A DNA stretch of 64,000 bases from Gammaproteobacteria bacterium (GCA_016191205.1 JACPPB010000012.1:20446-84445), one strand, 5' to 3'. Positions 46,581-56,649 are shown, counted from the first letter of the stretch. Made by a program: numbers and translations. The notes: generated by a model not told the origin, from the sequence alone.

Positions 46581-47411
46581 GCGCCCTGTTGAAGCCCGCG
46601 CATCGTCCGGCACCAGCGTGACGTGATGAATCCAGAGTCCGCCGTCGCGGCCGGGCGCGACCCAGATCTCGAAGTGCGGATCTTTGCGCACCAGTACGCC
46701 CATGGGCGGTACTTCCGGTTCCCCCGGTTCCGCGCCTGCAAATCCGGCCTTGTTGCAGCCCTTGCCGGGCGGGGCGGTACAGCCTATGCCCCCGCCACTG
46801 CCGCCGGTGGCATAGGAGTCGTAGCTGTCTGTGTGACCGTACACGCTAAACAGCTCTTCATAGTCGTGGCTGTTCGGCCATTGACTGTCGGACGAACTGG
46901 AATAATCCATGCAGGTGCCCTGGGAAGAGCCATCCGTACTGGTATGGTCGAGGCCCAGCACATGGCCGACTTCCTGGCAGACTACATGGTTCATCTCTTC
47001 AAACGTCCAGTACGATGCGTAGCTGTCATTCATTTTCGCCGTGCCCTTGACGATGTGCCCTGCGCTGTCGAGGTAAATGGACGCGAGTCCCAGCCAGCCG
47101 TTCTGGCCGTAATCGGCATTGCAGACCCGCAGTTGTCCGGCAATCGCCTGGCAGCGTTTGCGCGCGCGCACGCTTTCATCGCCGGGCACGGCGGCGAGGT
47201 CGAGTACGGTGGAGATCGACCATTTGGCTAGGGTCGTCTCAAACTGACTCTGCCAGTCCGCGGTCATGCTGTCGACGGCAATGAGCGTGAAGGAGGGCGT
47301 GGTCCGTGCCCAGTGGTAGCCGTTCCAGCTGTTGGTGCCGAAACTCGCGGCGGAGAACAGGACGGCTGCGCCCAGCGTGGCGCAACGGAGCAAGCGAGGA
47401 AGAGCGTTCAT
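46578..47411 (-). CDS. Secreted zinc-metalloprotease-like protein (metzincin-like motif with Gln at the first ligand position)
   Basis: Start trimmed to MNALPRLLRCATLGAAVLFSAASFG (signal peptide; cat 47409-47411). The motif CQEVGHVLGLDH resembles HExxHxxGxxH. A possible Met-turn, TCMDY, follows. Confidence 0.65.
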   Translation of the reverse strand: MNALPRLLRCATLGAAVLFSAASFGTNSWNGYHWARTTPSFTLIAVDSMTADWQSQFETTLAKWSISTVLDLAAVPGDESVRARKRCQAIAGQLRVCNADYGQNGWLGLASIYLDSAGHIVKGTAKMNDSYASYWTFEEMNHVVCQEVGHVLGLDHTSTDGSSQGTCMDYSSSSDSQWPNSHDYEELFSVYGHTDSYDSYATGGSGGGIGCTAPPGKGCNKAGFAGAEPGEPEVPPMGVLVRKDPHFEIWVAPGRDGGLWIHHVTLVPDDARASTGR

Positions 47412-47593
47412 GGCGATTTCCCTGTGTCGGGGTGGCTTGGCCGGGATCCTCACCTTCGCGGGTCCGGCCAAGGGGGTATCCGGAGTATAGGAGTCTCGCG
47501 CCGGACATCAATCCCGGGAGCGTGATCTGGTTATACTTTCGAACTACCACTCCTGGCCGAGATCGCCGAGTGCTGGCACCTGAAGGAGGCTCT

Positions 47594-48067
47594 GTGCACG
47601 CCATGCCGACCGTTACCCGGGTCAAGGTCGATCCCGCCTGGATCGACTACAACGGGCACATGAATCTTTCCTACTATGTGCTCGCCTTCGACCAGGCGAC
47701 CGACACTTTCCACGACGTGCTTGGCATCGGTCTCGATTACCGCGAACGCCTGAACAGTTCGATGTTCACCCTGGCGATCAACGTCGATTACATCCGCGAA
47801 GTGTTCGCCCACGACCAACTGCGCATCACCACCCAGTTGCTGGATTGCGACGCCAAGCGGATGCGCTATTTCCATCAGATGTATCAGGGCGATCCCGAGC
47901 ATCTCGTCGCCACCAACGAATGTCTCGCGGTGCATGTGGATATGGCGAGTCGCCGCAGCGCGCCCTTTCCGGAGCCGACCCGGGCGCGCATCGAGGCGCT
48001 GCTGGCAGCGCACCGGCAGTTGCCGATGCCGGAGCGCGCGGGGCGCGTGCTCGGGGTGCGTGCCTAG
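47594..48067 (+). CDS. Acyl-CoA thioesterase (4HBT/YbgC-like hotdog)
   Basis: ...VKVDPAWIDYNGHMNLSYYVLAFDQATDTF... is the typical thioesterase-superfamily N-terminus. GAAGGAGG at 47582-47589 favours the GTG at 47594; the ATG at 47603 is an alternative. Upstream ORF-track residues are discarded. Confidence 0.7.
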   Translation: MHAMPTVTRVKVDPAWIDYNGHMNLSYYVLAFDQATDTFHDVLGIGLDYRERLNSSMFTLAINVDYIREVFAHDQLRITTQLLDCDAKRMRYFHQMYQGDPEHLVATNECLAVHVDMASRRSAPFPEPTRARIEALLAAHRQLPMPERAGRVLGVRA

Positions 48068-48211
48068 CAGGTTCCTGAAAAACGTCGCGAGGGGGCCAGA
48101 TGCGAGGCGCACGGCGCGCAGCGACCGAGACATATCAAGTCGATAGGCGAGGGAGCGAGCACCGCGCAACGAAGCAGATGGCTGCCGCAGTAGTTTTTCA
48201 ACAAGCTGCTA
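48065..48211. mobile_element. MITE-like element, copy d
   Basis: TA|GCAGGTTCCTGAAAAAC...GTTTTTCAACAAGCTGC|TA, with a 143-bp core. The left TA plus G is the stop codon of the thioesterase gene. It lies between convergent genes (thioesterase and mfd). Confidence 0.85.
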
Positions 48212-48242
48212 GCGGTTCAGGCTCGCGCTCAGCGTGGATCGG

Positions 48243-51200
48243 TCAGGCGACCTGTTCCCGCGCCGGCGTCAGCCGTTCCAGCAGATCCTCGACCGCCTGC
48301 ACGCGTTCTTCGGCAGCCGGCGCCCGCACGCTGAATCTCAGGGTCGTGGCGCCGCGCAGCCGGTAGCGATCCGGCTGGCGCTGCACCAGATGCACCAGCG
48401 CCAGCGGGTCCACGGTGGTGGACTGGGAGAACTCAAACAACCCGCCCTCGACGCCGGCTTCGATCTTGACGATACCCAGGCTGGTCGCGCGCTGGCGCAG
48501 TGCGGTGACCCGGCACAGATTGCGCACCGCGTCCGGCAACAATCCAAAACGATCGATCATTTCGACCTGCAATTCCCGCAGCGCGGCCTCATCGGCGGCA
48601 CTCGCCAGACGCTTGTACAGCATCAGCCGGGTGTGCACGTCCGGCACATAGGCTTCGGGGATCAGCGCCGGAATATGCAGATTGACCTCGGCGCCGGGGC
48701 GCGCGCTGAGATCGATCTCGGCCGTGCCGCCGCGCCGCAGGCTGTCCACCGCGCGTTCCAGCAGTTCCATGTAGAGCGAAAAGCCGATCGCGGCGATGTG
48801 GCCGCTCTGGTCGTCGCCGAGCAGTTCGCCGGCGCCGCGGATTTCGAGGTCATGGGTCGCCAGCGTGAAACCCGAACCCAGGTGATCGGCGGCCTGGATG
48901 GCTTCCAGACGCTTGTGGGCGTCATCGGTCATCTGGTTCGGGTGCGGCGTGAGCAGATAGGCGTAGGCCTGATGGTGCGAGCGGCCCACGCGACCGCGCA
49001 ACTGGTGCAGCTGGGCCAGCCCCAGCTTGTCGGCGCGCTCGATGATGATGGTGTTGGCGCTGGGCACATCGATCCCGGTTTCGATGATGGTGGAGCACAC
49101 CAGCAGGTTGAAGCGTCGGTGATAGAACTCGGACATGACGCGTTCGAGATCCTTTTCCGGCATCTGACCGTGAGCGATGTCGACACGCGCCTCGGGTACC
49201 AGTTCGGCCAGCTCGCGCGCGATCCTGGTGATGGTTTTCACTTCGTTGTGCAGAAAATACACCTGTCCGCCGCGCAGGATTTCCCGCAGCACGGCCTCGC
49301 GGATCAGGCGTGGGTCGCTTTGATGGACGAACGTTTTTACCGATAGCCGCCGTGCCGGTGGCGTGGCAATGATCGAGAGATCGCGCAGCCCGCCCAGCGC
49401 CATGTTCAAGGTGCGCGGGATGGGCGTGGCGGTGAGGGTGAGGATGTCGACTTCTGCGCGCAGGGCTTTGAGCTTTTCTTTCTGGCGCACGCCGAAGCGA
49501 TGCTCCTCGTCGACGATGACGAGGCCCAGATCGCGGTACTTGATGTCGCCCGCGATCAGGCGGTGCGTGCCGATCAGAATATCGACTTCGCCGTTCGCGA
49601 CCCGTTTCAGCACCGCTTCCTGCTCGCGCGCGCTGCGAAAGCGTGAGATCACTTCGATCACTACCGGCCAGTTGGCGAAGCGGTCGCGAAAATTCTGCGT
49701 GTGCTGCTGGGCCAGCAGGGTGGTCGGTACCAGTACCGCGACCTGGCGACTGGCGGAGACCGCCACGAATGCGGCGCGCATGGCCACTTCGGTTTTGCCG
49801 AAGCCCACGTCGCCGCACACCAGGCGATCCATCGGGCCCGAACTCAGCAGATCCTTGCGCACGGCAGCGATGGCATCTTCCTGGTCGGGCGTTTCCTCGA
49901 ACGGAAAGTCAGCGCTGAACGCGGCATAGTCCGCCCCGGGGTCCGGGTACGCAAAGCCCACGCGCGCCGCGCGTCGGGCGTGGATGTCGAGCAGCTCGGC
50001 CGCCGTGTCGCGAATTTCCCGCGCCGCCTTCTCCTTGGCTTTTTGCCAGGTTTCGGCGCCGAGACGGTGCAGCGGCGCGGCGTCCGGGTCGCCGCCGCTG
50101 TAGCGGCTGATCAGGAACAGATTGGCGACCGGCACATAGAGCTTCGCGCCTTCGGCGTATTCGAGCGCCAGAAACTCCTGGGGTTCGCCGTCCACCGCGA
50201 GGGATTGCAGGCCCAGGTAGCGGCCGACGCCGTGATCGATATGCACCACGGGCGCGCCCGGCCGCAGTTCGGTGAGGTTCTTGACGGCCTGGTCAGCGAC
50301 CTCGCGTTCGCGGGAGCGGCGCCGGCGCTGGAATACGCGCTGGCCGAACAGCTCGGTTTCCGTGATCAGGATGCGCTGGCTGTCGGGCAGCACGAAGCCG
50401 CGCTCCAGCGGATGGACGGCGATGAGCCAGAGCGCGTCCGAAGCGGCAAATTCCTCCCAGCCGGTTATGGATATCGGCGCGATTCCGAGGGGGCGCAGGA
50501 CATCCAGCATGGCTTCACGGCGGCCGGCGGATTCGGCGCAAAACAGCACCGGCCCCCGGGCGTGCGCCAGCAGGTTTTCCAGTTGAGCCAGGGGCGTGCG
50601 GGATTTGGCGTCGGCGGCGATATCAGGTAGTGCGGCGGTAACGAAGTTGTGATTGCCGGGTTTTTCCGGCAGGACAGCAGTCTGCAGGTCCGTGCGCGGC
50701 AGTGCGTTGATGGCTTCGAACAGCTCGCCGGCGGTCAGAAACAGCGCCGGTGGCGGGAGCAATGGCCGGTTTGAGTCAACGCCGTATTCCCGGTAGCGGT
50801 CCGTCGCCTCGCGCCAGAATTCCTCGGCCGCCTGATGAATGTCGCCGTCCGCGAATACAAGAGCCGCCGCCGGCAGATAATCGAAGAGGGTCGCGGTGTG
50901 CTCGAAAAACAGCGGCAGGTAATATTCGATGCCGCCCGGCGCCGAGCCCTGACTGACATCCTGGTACAGCGTACAGCGCCGGGGATCGCTGTCGAAACCG
51001 AGATGCCAGGCGTCCTGGAAGCGCCGTATGGCAGCCTTGTCGAGGGGGAACTCGCGCGCCGGCAGCAACTCGATGGCGGTCATTTTCTCGATGGTGCGCT
51101 GGGTGTCCGGATCGAAGGTGCGCAGGGACTCGATCTCGTCGTCGAACAGATCGAGGCGGATCGGCTGCTTCGCGCCCATCGGAAAAACGTCGATCAGGGC

Positions 51201-51725
51201 GCCGCGCACGGCGAATTCGCCGTGCTCGTAGACCGTGTCGGCGGCGCGGTAGCCGGCTTGCTCCAGCGTACGGCGCAGCGCATCCAGATTGACGCGGTCG
51301 CCCGTGCGGAACACGAAGGTGTTGCCCGCGACGTAACTGGGCGGCGGCAGACGTTTCATCAGGGTGGTTGCCGGCGCGACCAGAATTCCGCGCCGGGTGG
51401 ACGGCAGCCGACCGAGGGTTTGCAGCCGTTCGGAGACGATGTCCTGGTGCGGCGAGAACAGGTCGTAGGGCAGGGTTTCCCAGTCCGGCAGATGCAAAAT
51501 GGGGATGGCGTTTGCTTCTCCGCTGCCGAGGAAAAATTGCAGCTCGGTTTCGAGCAGCGTCGCGGCGCTGGTGGTGGCCGCCACGGCGAGCAGCAGACCG
51601 TCGAACTCCCGGGCGGCATTGGCAATGGCAAGGGCGGCGGTTCCCCCGGTCAGACCGCCCCAGCGGCGCCGGTCGCCGGGCTTGTTGGCGGGAGGAGTGC
51701 TCAGCAGGTTGGCAGGCATGGGCAA
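48243..51725 (-). CDS. mfd: Transcription-repair coupling factor
   Basis: 1160-aa ORF with superfamily-2 helicase motifs: CGDVGFGKTEVAMRAAF, VDEEHRFGV, LTLTATPIPRTL, GQVYFLHN, ETGIDVPSANT, HQLRGRVGRS. The C-terminal TRG/D7 region is also present. Confidence 0.96.
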   Translation of the reverse strand: MPMPANLLSTPPANKPGDRRRWGGLTGGTAALAIANAAREFDGLLLAVAATTSAATLLETELQFFLGSGEANAIPILHLPDWETLPYDLFSPHQDIVSERLQTLGRLPSTRRGILVAPATTLMKRLPPPSYVAGNTFVFRTGDRVNLDALRRTLEQAGYRAADTVYEHGEFAVRGALIDVFPMGAKQPIRLDLFDDEIESLRTFDPDTQRTIEKMTAIELLPAREFPLDKAAIRRFQDAWHLGFDSDPRRCTLYQDVSQGSAPGGIEYYLPLFFEHTATLFDYLPAAALVFADGDIHQAAEEFWREATDRYREYGVDSNRPLLPPPALFLTAGELFEAINALPRTDLQTAVLPEKPGNHNFVTAALPDIAADAKSRTPLAQLENLLAHARGPVLFCAESAGRREAMLDVLRPLGIAPISITGWEEFAASDALWLIAVHPLERGFVLPDSQRILITETELFGQRVFQRRRRSREREVADQAVKNLTELRPGAPVVHIDHGVGRYLGLQSLAVDGEPQEFLALEYAEGAKLYVPVANLFLISRYSGGDPDAAPLHRLGAETWQKAKEKAAREIRDTAAELLDIHARRAARVGFAYPDPGADYAAFSADFPFEETPDQEDAIAAVRKDLLSSGPMDRLVCGDVGFGKTEVAMRAAFVAVSASRQVAVLVPTTLLAQQHTQNFRDRFANWPVVIEVISRFRSAREQEAVLKRVANGEVDILIGTHRLIAGDIKYRDLGLVIVDEEHRFGVRQKEKLKALRAEVDILTLTATPIPRTLNMALGGLRDLSIIATPPARRLSVKTFVHQSDPRLIREAVLREILRGGQVYFLHNEVKTITRIARELAELVPEARVDIAHGQMPEKDLERVMSEFYHRRFNLLVCSTIIETGIDVPSANTIIIERADKLGLAQLHQLRGRVGRSHHQAYAYLLTPHPNQMTDDAHKRLEAIQAADHLGSGFTLATHDLEIRGAGELLGDDQSGHIAAIGFSLYMELLERAVDSLRRGGTAEIDLSARPGAEVNLHIPALIPEAYVPDVHTRLMLYKRLASAADEAALRELQVEMIDRFGLLPDAVRNLCRVTALRQRATSLGIVKIEAGVEGGLFEFSQSTTVDPLALVHLVQRQPDRYRLRGATTLRFSVRAPAAEERVQAVEDLLERLTPAREQVA

Positions 51726-51799
51726 GGCGGAAGTTCGACGGGGAGGGGATTGTACTTGTCCGGTCGCACAGGCATAAGCCGGTTCCGTGGTCGGCGGCG

Positions 51800-51946
51800 T
51801 AGCAGGTTGCTGAAAAACGTCGCGAGGGGGCCAGATGCGAGGCGCACGGCGCGCAGCGACCGAGACATATCAAGCAGATAGGCGAGTGAGCGAGCACCGC
51901 GCAACGAAGCAGATGGTCCCCGCAGCAGTTTTTCAGCAACCTGGTA
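51800..51946. mobile_element. MITE-like element, copy e
   Basis: TA|GCAGGTTGCTGAAAAAC...GTTTTTCAGCAACCTGG|TA, with a 143-bp core. It lies in the divergent mfd / clpS intergenic region. Confidence 0.85.
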
Positions 51947-52044
51947 GCACGCGCAGGGGTTTTCTGCACTAGTGCAGACGCCGGGAAAGGGGGTTATCCT
52001 TGATCCATCCAGGCTGCTCGCCGCCCATACTGTACGCAAGGCTT

Positions 52045-52377
52045 ATGACGAAACAACACCAGGACTCGGATAGCGGTCTGGTCGTCGAGGACACCAAACC
52101 CAAGCTCAAACGCCCGGCCCGGTTCCAGGTGGTTCTCCTCAACGACGACTACACGCCCATGGAATTCGTGGTGGAGATCCTTGAACAGATCTTTGGCATG
52201 GACCGTGAACTGGCGGTCCGCGTCATGCTCAAAGTGCACACCGAAGGCAGGGGCGTGTGCGGCGTGTTCACCAAGGAGGTTGCCGAGACCAAAGCCGAGC
52301 AGGTCAATCAGGCCGCCCGCGAGCGTGAACATCCTTTGCTTTGCCAGATAGAACCGGCGGACGATCCGAATCAGTAA
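52045..52377 (+). CDS. clpS: ATP-dependent Clp protease adaptor ClpS
   Basis: Start trimmed to MTKQHQDSD (ATG 52045). The sequence [57 protein letters not shown] is canonical ClpS. Confidence 0.93.
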   Translation: MTKQHQDSDSGLVVEDTKPKLKRPARFQVVLLNDDYTPMEFVVEILEQIFGMDRELAVRVMLKVHTEGRGVCGVFTKEVAETKAEQVNQAAREREHPLLCQIEPADDPNQ

Positions 52378-52391
52378 GAGGACTGACCATC

Positions 52392-54656
52392 ATGCTCAGC
52401 AGAGAACTTGAAGCCACGCTCAATGCCGCCTTTCAGGAGGCGACGTCCCGGCGGCACGAGTTCATGACCGTCGAGCACCTGCTGTTGGCGCTGCTCGATA
52501 ACAGCTCTGCGCTGCGGGTATTGAAGGCGTGTGGCGTCGATTTGCAGACGCTGCGCAACGACCTCAACGAATTCATCGAATCCACCACGCCCGTGATTGC
52601 GACCGACGCGCCACAGCGCGAAGCGCAACCGACGCTGGCGTTTCAGCGCGTCTTGCAGCGCGCGATTTTTCATGTGCAGTCGTCGGGCCGCAACGAAGTC
52701 CAGGGCGAAAACGTGCTGGTCGCGATCTTCAGCGAACAGGAGAGCCAGGCCGTTTACATGTTGCGGATGCTGAACATCTCCCGCATCGATGTGGTGAATT
52801 TCATCGCCCACGGCGTGACCCGCTTTGCCGATCAGTCGGAGAACACGGGTAACGCGCCCGGTGGCCAGGGCGGCGAAGCGGGTGCGCCGGCGGGTGGGGA
52901 AGGCAGCGCGCTCGAACAATTTGCGACCGATCTCAACGCCCAGGCCAAAAAAGGTTTTATCGATCCGCTCGTGGGGCGTGCCCAGGAGCTCGAGCGGGTC
53001 TGCCAGACCCTGGTGCGCCGCCGCAAGAACAACCCGCTGCTGGTGGGTGAGTCCGGGGTCGGCAAGACGGCGATCGCCGAAGGGCTCGCGAAGCGGATCG
53101 TCGAGGACGAGGTGCCCGAGGCGATCAAGGGCAGCGTCGTTTATTCGCTGGACATGGGTGCGCTGCTGGCCGGTACCAAGTATCGCGGCGATTTTGAAAA
53201 ACGCTTCAAGAGTCTGCTGGCGGAACTGGCCGAAAAGGAAAACGCGATCCTGTTCATCGACGAAATCCATACCATCATCGGTGCCGGCGCGGCCTCGGGC
53301 GGGGTGATGGATGCCTCCAATCTGCTGAAACCGCTGCTCACCTCGGGCCGCTTCCGCTGCATCGGCTCCACGACCTACCAGGAATATCGGGGAATTTTCG
53401 AGAAAGACCGGGCGCTGTCGCGCCGGTTTCAGAAGATCGATGTGCCAGAGCCTTCCGTGGCCGAAACCGTGGAGATACTCCAGGGCCTGAAATCCCGTTT
53501 CGAAGAACACCATGGTCTGCGCTACACCCAGGGCGCGCTCCAGTCGGCGGCGGAACTGTCCGCGAAGTACATCAATGACCGCTTCCTGCCCGACAAGGCC
53601 ATCGACGTGATCGATGAAGCCGGTGCCTATCAGCAATTGCAGCCGGTGTCGAAACGCAAGAAGACGGTGGGTGTCGGCGATATCGAGGCGGTGGTGGCCA
53701 AGATTGCGCGCATTCCTCCCAAGAGCGTGTCCAGTTCGGATCGCGAGCAACTGCGCAATCTCGGCCCCCAGCTGAAGATGGTCGTGTTTGGTCAGGAGGC
53801 GGCAATCGACACGCTGGATGCGGCCATCAAGCTTGCCCGCGCCGGTCTGCGCGAGGGCGAAAAGCCCATCGGCAGTTTCCTGTTCGCCGGGCCAACCGGC
53901 GTCGGCAAGACCGAAGTGTCGCGGCAACTGGCCCAGGTGCTGGGTGTCGAGCTGCTCCGCTTCGACATGTCCGAGTACATGGAACGCCACACGGTGTCGC
54001 GACTGATCGGCGCGCCGCCCGGTTATGTGGGCTTCGACCAGGGTGGTCTGCTCACCGACGCCGTCACCAAGCATCCGCACTGCGTATTGCTGCTGGATGA
54101 AATCGAGAAGGCGCACCCGGACGTGTTCAATCTGCTGCTGCAGGTGATGGACCACGGTTCGCTTACCGACAATAACGGTCGCAAGGCGGATTTCCGCAAC
54201 GTCATTCTGATCATGACCACCAATGCCGGCGCCGAACTCATGAGCCGTGCGTCCATCGGTTTCAGGCATCAGGATCACGCCAGCGACGGGATGGAAAGCA
54301 TCAAGAAAATGTTCAGCCCGGAGTTTCGCAACCGGCTCGACGCCATCGTGCAGTTTGGTGCCCTGGGTCGCGATGTCATCAAGACTGTGGTGGATAAATT
54401 CCTGGTGCAGTTGCAGGCGCAGCTGGACGACAAGAAGGTGCATATCGAAGTCGATGATGCCGCGCGCGAGTGGCTTGCCGAGCATGGCTACGACGAGAAA
54501 ATGGGCGCGCGACCCATGGCGCGCCTGATCCAGGAAAAACTCAAAAAACCTCTCGCCGAAGCCGTGCTGTTCGGAGCGCTGGCGAAAACTGGCGGCAAAG
54601 TTGTCGTCACCATGGCAGACGACGATCTGGCGCTGGAGATGGTTGCTGCGGAATGA
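52392..54656 (+). CDS. clpA: ATP-dependent Clp protease ATP-binding subunit ClpA
   Basis: Start trimmed to MLSRELEATLNAAF (ATG 52392). It has two AAA+ modules: LLVGESGVGKTAI, ILFIDEIHTIIGAG, FLFAGPTGVGKTE, LLLDEIEKAHPDVFN. Confidence 0.96.
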   Translation: MLSRELEATLNAAFQEATSRRHEFMTVEHLLLALLDNSSALRVLKACGVDLQTLRNDLNEFIESTTPVIATDAPQREAQPTLAFQRVLQRAIFHVQSSGRNEVQGENVLVAIFSEQESQAVYMLRMLNISRIDVVNFIAHGVTRFADQSENTGNAPGGQGGEAGAPAGGEGSALEQFATDLNAQAKKGFIDPLVGRAQELERVCQTLVRRRKNNPLLVGESGVGKTAIAEGLAKRIVEDEVPEAIKGSVVYSLDMGALLAGTKYRGDFEKRFKSLLAELAEKENAILFIDEIHTIIGAGAASGGVMDASNLLKPLLTSGRFRCIGSTTYQEYRGIFEKDRALSRRFQKIDVPEPSVAETVEILQGLKSRFEEHHGLRYTQGALQSAAELSAKYINDRFLPDKAIDVIDEAGAYQQLQPVSKRKKTVGVGDIEAVVAKIARIPPKSVSSSDREQLRNLGPQLKMVVFGQEAAIDTLDAAIKLARAGLREGEKPIGSFLFAGPTGVGKTEVSRQLAQVLGVELLRFDMSEYMERHTVSRLIGAPPGYVGFDQGGLLTDAVTKHPHCVLLLDEIEKAHPDVFNLLLQVMDHGSLTDNNGRKADFRNVILIMTTNAGAELMSRASIGFRHQDHASDGMESIKKMFSPEFRNRLDAIVQFGALGRDVIKTVVDKFLVQLQAQLDDKKVHIEVDDAAREWLAEHGYDEKMGARPMARLIQEKLKKPLAEAVLFGALAKTGGKVVVTMADDDLALEMVAAE

Positions 54657-54801
54657 CTCGGGCGCCGCCGTCTGATCTCGGTCGCAGGTGCGACAGCGAT
54701 TTCAGAGCGGCAGTGAGTTCAGAAGGAACGCGGGGCCAGTCGGTGCGAGGCGCGTGGCTTTCAGAAGAAAACGTGTCGGCGGAGTGCGGGTCCTTGGCCG
54801 G

Positions 54802-55020
54802 CTAGCGTGCCCGGTAGGTAATGCGGGCCTTGCTCAGATCGTACGGGGTCAACTCGACCTTCACCTTGTCCCCGGTGAGGATGCGAATATAGTTCTTGCG
54901 CATCTTGCCCGAGATATGGGCCGTGACAATGTGACCATTGTCGAGCTTCACGCGGAAGGTGGTGTTGGGAAGGGTGTCTACGACCTCGCCTTCCATTTCA
55001 ATCGACTCTTCTTTCGCCAT
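54802..55020 (-). CDS. infA: Translation initiation factor IF-1
   Basis: [70 protein letters not shown] is near-invariant IF-1, 72 aa (cat 55018-55020). Confidence 0.96.
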   Translation of the reverse strand: MAKEESIEMEGEVVDTLPNTTFRVKLDNGHIVTAHISGKMRKNYIRILTGDKVKVELTPYDLSKARITYRAR

Positions 55021-55137
55021 ATGACCTATGTCTTGTGCCGCGGAAGCGGGCTGGGCTGGAGTGAAACGCGGGCGCATTGTGCCCCAAAGCCCTGCGCTTG
55101 GCAAAAATGACGCGCCTTCGGCGAAAATGCCGGCCCT

Positions 55138-55713
55138 TCAGCGTGGGGAGCGCAACAGGCCTGCTTTCCGCTGCGGAATTCTCGGGGCCTCAGCGCCTGG
55201 CAACTGGTCCCGATCGTCATGCTCCGCACCGTATCCGCGACCGGAATGATGTCCCGCCGAACCACCGTAGTGGAAATCGCCGCCGTGACCGTGGATATCA
55301 ATACTGAACGGCACCTGATGCGGGTGCACATAGCGGTTGTAACCGGGATACCAAAATGGTGCGTAGCCGGCGGGTTCCGACGCGTAGCCAGGCTCGGAAA
55401 CGGCGGGAGGTATCGGCGCCGCCGGCGGTCGGGCCTCGGCTTGTGCTTTCTCGCGCTGCAAGCGATCGTCGCGCAAGCGGTCGGCGGTTGCAGCAACGCG
55501 GTCGATGCGCTTCTGCAATTCTTCTTCGGAGACAACGGGATCTGGCGTCGTAACGCCCAGATCCTCGACCGCAACCGCGCCGGGAGAAGGCGCATCCCCG
55601 TAAGTGACCTGCCCCTTGGCATCGGTGGATTTATAAACCTGGGTTTCTGCCCAGATTCGTGAGCCATGGAGCGCCAACACGAGCGCGAGCAACCCCAGCA
55701 TGCCTGCCCGCAT
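55138..55713 (-). CDS. DUF4124-like exported protein with a His/Gly/Tyr-rich C-terminus
   Basis: Start trimmed to MRAGMLGLLALVLALHG (signal-like). QVYKSTDAKGQVTYGDAP resembles the DUF4124 N-terminal motif. The C-terminus is FSIDIHGHGGDFHYGGSAGHHSGRGYG. The start choice is uncertain. Confidence 0.5.
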   Translation of the reverse strand: MRAGMLGLLALVLALHGSRIWAETQVYKSTDAKGQVTYGDAPSPGAVAVEDLGVTTPDPVVSEEELQKRIDRVAATADRLRDDRLQREKAQAEARPPAAPIPPAVSEPGYASEPAGYAPFWYPGYNRYVHPHQVPFSIDIHGHGGDFHYGGSAGHHSGRGYGAEHDDRDQLPGAEAPRIPQRKAGLLRSPR

Positions 55714-56041
55714 GCCATCCACAGGCTTGAGCCGCACCGTCGGATCCTCCATATGTTTGCTTCGCGTCACTGAGACCATTGCCGCGCAGAAAGGATCACC
55801 ATCGGTTGTCGCGCTGGTCGGCATCGATCATTTTCGGCGCTTCTGGACTCCAAAGCCGATCTCTGCGACCAGATGTCTTTTTGAAGTCTCTGATTCTCTT
55901 GGCGGCCATGGATAACCTCGTTTATCCGATTAGACTAAGTCGTGTGAGTCGCGGATCGAACGGCAGTGGTTGTCCGGCGATCCCGCCACCGCGAGACGGG
56001 CGTGTGTTCGTCTGAGGTCTGATTCCATCAGGAGAGTCACC

Positions 56042-56596
56042 ATGGAACGACATTTTTTTGCCAGCGACAACCTTCAGGATCTTGAGGTTCTGGAAATGGA
56101 GCTCGAACAACAGGGCGTCGTGACACCACAGATTCATGTGCTGAGCAATCTGGATAGCGAAGTGGCCAACCACCGGCTGCACGAGGTGAGCAGCCTGATG
56201 CGCACCGACGTGATTCGTAAAGGGCTGGTGGGGGCGATGTGCGGGGTTCTCGGCGGCTGTGCGGTGCTGGTGATTGCGTCCGCATCCGGTTTCGCCGCTC
56301 AGTTTGGCTGGGTTCCCTTTATCTTTCTGGCGGTGATTGTGTTGGGGTTTTGCACCTGGGAAGCGGGCTTTCTGGGCTTTCAGTTGCCCAATGCGCGGTT
56401 TCGTCCCTTTCAAAAGGTGCTCGATGAGGGGCGGCATGTCTTTTTTGTCGACTTGCGGTCCGATCAGCGTTTGCTGCTCGCCGATATCCTGTCCCGGCAT
56501 CAGGGACTCCAGACTCTCGGCACTGGCGAAGGTACGCCCTGGTGGCTGATTTCCCTGCAAGACAAGTTCCAGCGGTTTGTGCGCTGGGCGCCTTGA
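56042..56596 (+). CDS. Hypothetical membrane protein (two predicted transmembrane helices)
   Basis: Start trimmed to MERHFFASDN (ATG 56042, with AGGAGA upstream). Hydrophobic segments: LVGAMCGVLGGCAVLVIASA and WVPFIFLAVIVLGFCTW. No family recognised. Confidence 0.5.
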   Translation: MERHFFASDNLQDLEVLEMELEQQGVVTPQIHVLSNLDSEVANHRLHEVSSLMRTDVIRKGLVGAMCGVLGGCAVLVIASASGFAAQFGWVPFIFLAVIVLGFCTWEAGFLGFQLPNARFRPFQKVLDEGRHVFFVDLRSDQRLLLADILSRHQGLQTLGTGEGTPWWLISLQDKFQRFVRWAP

Positions 56597-56611
56597 TCCC
56601 CTGAACAGTTG

Positions 56612-56649
56612 CTTCGCCAGCCTGTTACTGCCGGCTGGCGAAGTGCTTT
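56612..56649 (+). terminator. Candidate terminator after the membrane-protein gene
   Basis: CTTCGCCAGCC-(10-nt loop)-GGCTGGCGAAG, an 11-bp perfect stem, followed by tgcttt, which is a weak U-tract. Confidence 0.5.

Noticed and set aside
46205-46741. A recurrent peptide (LLKNCCG.HLLRCAVLA.SPI.LICLGRCAPCASHLAPSRRFSATC / LLKNVARGPDARRTARSDRDISSR) appears in several ORF-track entries: 46205..46741, 47531..48169, 47934..48146, 50776..51969, 50835..51881 and the N-terminus of 18029..18970.
   Set aside because: - It is the conceptual translation of the 143-bp repeat element in two frames.
- The ORFs are read-throughs from the element into neighbouring genes, not a conserved small protein.
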